Assembly: GCF_026626685.1 (NCBI RefSeq)
Contig: NZ_JAPNJX010000021.1
Location: 1-41,328 of the forward strand
Length of the DNA: 41,328 nt
Source: Nannocystis sp. SCPEA4
Lineage (GTDB): Bacteria > Myxococcota_A > Polyangia > Nannocystales > Nannocystaceae
Direction: 5' to 3'
Under the pieces are notes generated by a model. That model had not been told where the DNA came from and ran no database searches. It saw nothing but the letters and a program-made list of their open reading frames with translations. Shown piece by piece: positions 38,527 through 41,328 of this stretch (position 1 is the stretch's first letter; every line of letters begins with the position of its first letter). A program made the position numbers and the translations under genes.

Positions 38527-39786
38527 TCACTCGGCCGCCTCGTCGACGCGGCCGCGGATGATCGTGTCCTCGAGGATCTCGAGCGCGCGGTCGAGGTCGG
38601 CGCGCGTGTGCGCGGCCGTGATCGCGACGCGGAAGCGCAGGCCGTCCTCCGGCACCGAGGGGTAGTCGACCGGCGCGAGGAACAGCCCGCGGCGGTGCAA
38701 CGTGCGCGTCAACTCATACAGCCGTCGGCGATCCGATCCGACCATGATCGGCACCACCTGACTCGAACCGTGCCCGAGGTCGAGCCCGATCTGCAGCGCC
38801 TTCTCCCGGAAGTAGCGGGTGTTGGCCCACAGCGTCTCGCGCAGCGAATTGTCGCGCGTCGCCACCTCGAGCGCCTTGCGCAGGCCGGCCACCACCGCCG
38901 GCGGCAGCGCGCAGCTGAAGCCGTAGGCGTTGATGTAGTAGCGCATGTAGTGCAGCAGCGCGCGCGGCCCGACGGTGAAGCCGCCGCAGCCGGCGAACGC
39001 CTTGCTGAAGGTCGCGAACTGCAGGCCGATCGACTTCTCGGCGCCGTAGTGCTCGACCACGCCGCGGCCGTGCGCGCCGTACACGAGGATCGAGTGGGCC
39101 TCGTCGATCAGCACGCCGACGCCGTGCTTCTCGGCCACCGGCAGGAGCCGCGGCAGATCGGCCGTGTCACCGTCCATCGAGTACACGCCCTCGACGACCA
39201 CCAGGCGGCGCGCGCCCTCGCTGTCGGTCAGCGCCTGGTCGAGCGAGTCGGGATCGTTGTGGTCGAAGAACACCAGCTTGGCGCGCGACAGCTTGACGCC
39301 GTCGATCGAGCACAGGTGCGTCTTGGCGTCGAGGATGGCGACGTCGCCCTTGCGCAGCACGCCCGCCAGCGTGCCCATGCCGCCGGCGAAGCCGCTGTTG
39401 AAGAGGATGCAGTCCTCCTGTCCGAGGAACGCCGCGAGCTCGCGCTCGAGCCCGCGGTGCAGATCGGACAGTCCCGACAGCAACGGCGAACCACAAGCCC
39501 CGGTGCCGTAGGTGCGCAGGGCCTCCTGCGCCGCCTCGACGACCTCGGGGTGCGTAGCGAGCCCGAGGTAGTTGTACGAGCTGAGGTTGATGACGTCGCT
39601 GCGCTCGCCGGCCCGCTCGATCGCCATGCGCGGTGCGACGGCCCCCAACATGTGGGGTTCGTACATCGACATCGCCCACGAGCCGGCTTCGGCCCACTGC
39701 ACGAAGCCCTCGGGTGGACAGAGCGGATCGTCGCTGTCCGAGAAGTAGAAGTCGGCCAAACTGTGCTCGGCTTCGCGGCCCATCAC
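38527..39786 (-). CDS. alpha-oxoamine synthase family PLP enzyme (serine palmitoyltransferase / 8-amino-7-oxononanoate synthase / KBL-like)
   Basis: PLP-lysine motif FATFSKAFAGCGGF. SMDGD and HGxGxxE motifs. About 70-aa N-terminal extension. AGGGGAG Shine-Dalgarno before GTG/ATG 39786/39783. First gene of the operon. Confidence 0.8.
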   Translation of the reverse strand: MMGREAEHSLADFYFSDSDDPLCPPEGFVQWAEAGSWAMSMYEPHMLGAVAPRMAIERAGERSDVINLSSYNYLGLATHPEVVEAAQEALRTYGTGACGSPLLSGLSDLHRGLERELAAFLGQEDCILFNSGFAGGMGTLAGVLRKGDVAILDAKTHLCSIDGVKLSRAKLVFFDHNDPDSLDQALTDSEGARRLVVVEGVYSMDGDTADLPRLLPVAEKHGVGVLIDEAHSILVYGAHGRGVVEHYGAEKSIGLQFATFSKAFAGCGGFTVGPRALLHYMRYYINAYGFSCALPPAVVAGLRKALEVATRDNSLRETLWANTRYFREKALQIGLDLGHGSSQVVPIMVGSDRRRLYELTRTLHRRGLFLAPVDYPSVPEDGLRFRVAITAAHTRADLDRALEILEDTIIRGRVDEAAE

Positions 39787-39976
39787 GGAACTCCCCTGTA
39801 CGTCGGGGCCCGGCGTAGTTACAGCGAAAGTATCGCGGCTGTCACGGAAATTTTGTTCGCCAGCGGTTCCCCTGCGCTGTCGAGCACGTGTAGCGCGCGG
39901 TGTCGCGTCGCTGCGTGTGTTGCAGATTGCATCGCGCTGGCCTTATCGCCGAACTTTTTAAACCGATGCATAAGTT

Positions 39977-40017
39977 GATGCGGGGAAATGCGGCCGCATG
40001 CGGCGGGTATGGCCGCT
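39977..40017. promoter_or_regulatory. four 10-bp-phased direct repeats ATGCGGC in the divergent promoter region
   Basis: gATGCGGGGaa ATGCGGCCGC ATGCGGCGGGt ATGGCCGC, with starts at 39978, 39988, 39998 and 40008. Lies in the low-GC 450-bp gap between the AOS operon and the epimerase gene. Confidence 0.45.
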
Positions 40018-40239
40018 GCTAGTTAATCTCGAGTGCAACAATCTCGCAGGCTCAGCGAGCGACCTCGACGGTCTGCTCGCGCGTGCGCTCGCGTGTGGAC
40101 TGCGAAACGCGTCGCACACTGTCTGAATGTCACGCGGGCGCGGACAGCCGACCGCAGAGCGTCGAACGCGTGGCGAAGCTCTCGGGTCCGATGTCACAGC
40201 CTTGACGTCGCACCGACCGGGTGGTTATCCCCCGCGTCG

Positions 40240-41328
40240 TGAGCACGAAGGTGGTCGTCACCGGCGCGAACGGGTTCATCGGCAGTCACCTCGTCGATCG
40301 CTTGCTCGCCGAGGGCCACGCGGTGCGGGCGATGGTCCGCGCCGGGGCCAACCTCGACAACCTCGCCGACGCGTTCGCGCGGCCGTCCGGGCGGCCCGAG
40401 CTGGCCCACGCCACGCTCGCCGACGTCGACGCGATGACCACGGCGTTCGACGGCGCCGACGTCGTCTATCACGTGGCCGGACTGACCGCCGCGTTCACGC
40501 GCGAGGAGTTCGCGCGGGCCAACGCCGTCGGGGTCGCCAACGTGCTCGCGGCGATCCGCAACGCGCCTGGTCGGCCGCGGCGGCTGGTCTACGTGTCGTC
40601 GCTGATGGCCGCCGGCCCCTCGCACCCCGAGGTCGCGCGCCGCGAACACCACGCCCCGCGCGTCGGCTTCACCCTCTACGGCGACAGCAAGCTCGACGGC
40701 GAGAAGCTGGTCTTCGCGGCCGCGCGCGCCGGCGACGTCGAGGCCGTGATCGTGCGCCCGCCCGCGGTCTACGGCCCGCGCGACGCCGACATGCTGCAGA
40801 TGATCCGCTCGGCCAAATTCGGCGTGATCGCCCAGCCCGGCCTGCGCCCGGCGTGGATGTCGTTCATCCACGCGCTCGACCTCGTCGACGGCATCGCCCG
40901 CGCCGGCGCCCGTGGGCGCCCGATCCCCCGCGACGGCGACCACGTGCTCGACGATCGAGGCTGTCCCTTCGACCATGTCCCCGAGGACCCGTCGCACCCG
41001 GTCGGCGCAGGCATCTACTACTTCACCGACGGCCAGCGCAGCACCGTCGTCGGCTTCGGCCGGGCCGCCGCCGCCGCACTCGGCCGCCGCGCGCTCGCGC
41101 TGCCGATGCCGCGCGCGGCCGTGTGGACCGTCGCCGGCATCAACCACGCGATCGGCAAGCTCCGCGGCAAGGCCCCGGCGCTCACCCTCGACAAGGCCCG
41201 CGGCAGCATGGCGCCGGGCTGGTGGTGCGACGACAGCAAGGCGGTCCGCGAGCTCGACTACGCCCCGCAGTGGCCGCTCGCGCGGGGGCTCGAGCACACC
41301 GTCGCGTGGGCGCGCGCTGCAGGCCGCC
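40240..41328 (+). CDS. NAD-dependent epimerase/dehydratase family reductase (partial, 3' end off the window)
   Basis: GTG start. VVVTGANGFIGSHLV Rossmann. YGDSK catalytic dyad. Not in the ORF track (no stop in the window). The minus-strand ORF 40194..41297 is its antisense artefact. Confidence 0.7.
40961..40992. repeat. repeat-family copy embedded in-frame in the epimerase CDS (ctgtcccttcgaccatgtccccgaggacccgt)
   Basis: Encodes CPFDHVPEDP within an apparent ~25-aa insertion between the conserved ...GIARAGARG and GAGIYYFTDG segments. Confidence 0.6.

Noticed and set aside
40194-41297. 367-aa minus ORF
   Set aside because: Antisense image of the + strand epimerase gene, which has a Rossmann GxxGxxG and a YxxxK dyad but lacks a stop inside the window, so it is not listed in the ORF track.

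Overview
This is a roughly 70% GC chromosomal segment that I judge to be from a myxobacterium (Myxococcales). Three things point that way: a lipoprotein built from four 'Myxococcus cysteine-rich repeat' units, two tandem lspA paralogs, and a CarD-N-terminal-like (CdnL) gene. All calls are by eye from the translated ORF track. Coordinates I derived by counting may be off by 1 nt. The many long Arg/Gly/Ala-rich ORFs antisense to or overlapping recognisable genes are GC-rich frame artefacts and were discarded.

Gene content, left to right:
- partial dienelactone hydrolase (-)
- a divergent FAD monooxygenase / TetR pair with twin palindromic operators
- M3 and M28 peptidases
- mdh-sucC-sucD with a clean terminator
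- a Cys-repeat lipoprotein
- a lysophospholipid-acyltransferase-family (LPLAT) acyltransferase / NAD-epimerase operon
- a secreted beta-barrel candidate and several hypothetical membrane proteins
- a second epimerase-like gene
- two lspA paralogs
- pabB-like, pgsA and lytic transglycosylase genes (-)
- nadB, a lipoprotein, cdnL, a macro-domain protein and membrane proteins
- a DUF4388 + roadblock/LC7 protein
- a PduO-type corrinoid adenosyltransferase

The most interesting feature is a tight 11-gene minus-strand operon at 30056-39786. It encodes an alpha-oxoamine synthase (SPT/BioF/KBL family), a FabD-like acyltransferase, FabZ, a Cys-retaining ketosynthase, FabG, an HMG-CoA-synthase beta-branching cassette (HMGS + two enoyl-CoA hydratase/isomerase-family (ECH) crotonases), two FabI-like enoyl reductases and an acyl carrier protein (ACP). 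It is divergently paired with an NAD-dependent epimerase/reductase. This looks like a self-contained pathway for a beta-branched amino-lipid or sphingoid-like product, and I do not recognise it as a described system.

A second strong signal is a dispersed family of low-GC repeats built from 14-bp-phased CATGTCCC...GGGACA units. At least 13 loci carry it. Several lie between genes, one forms the suc-operon terminator, one overlaps a start codon and ribosome-binding site, and at least two are embedded in-frame inside coding sequences, including an apparent ~85-bp in-frame insertion in the 3' epimerase gene.

No tRNA, rRNA, CRISPR array, transposase or integrase was seen.
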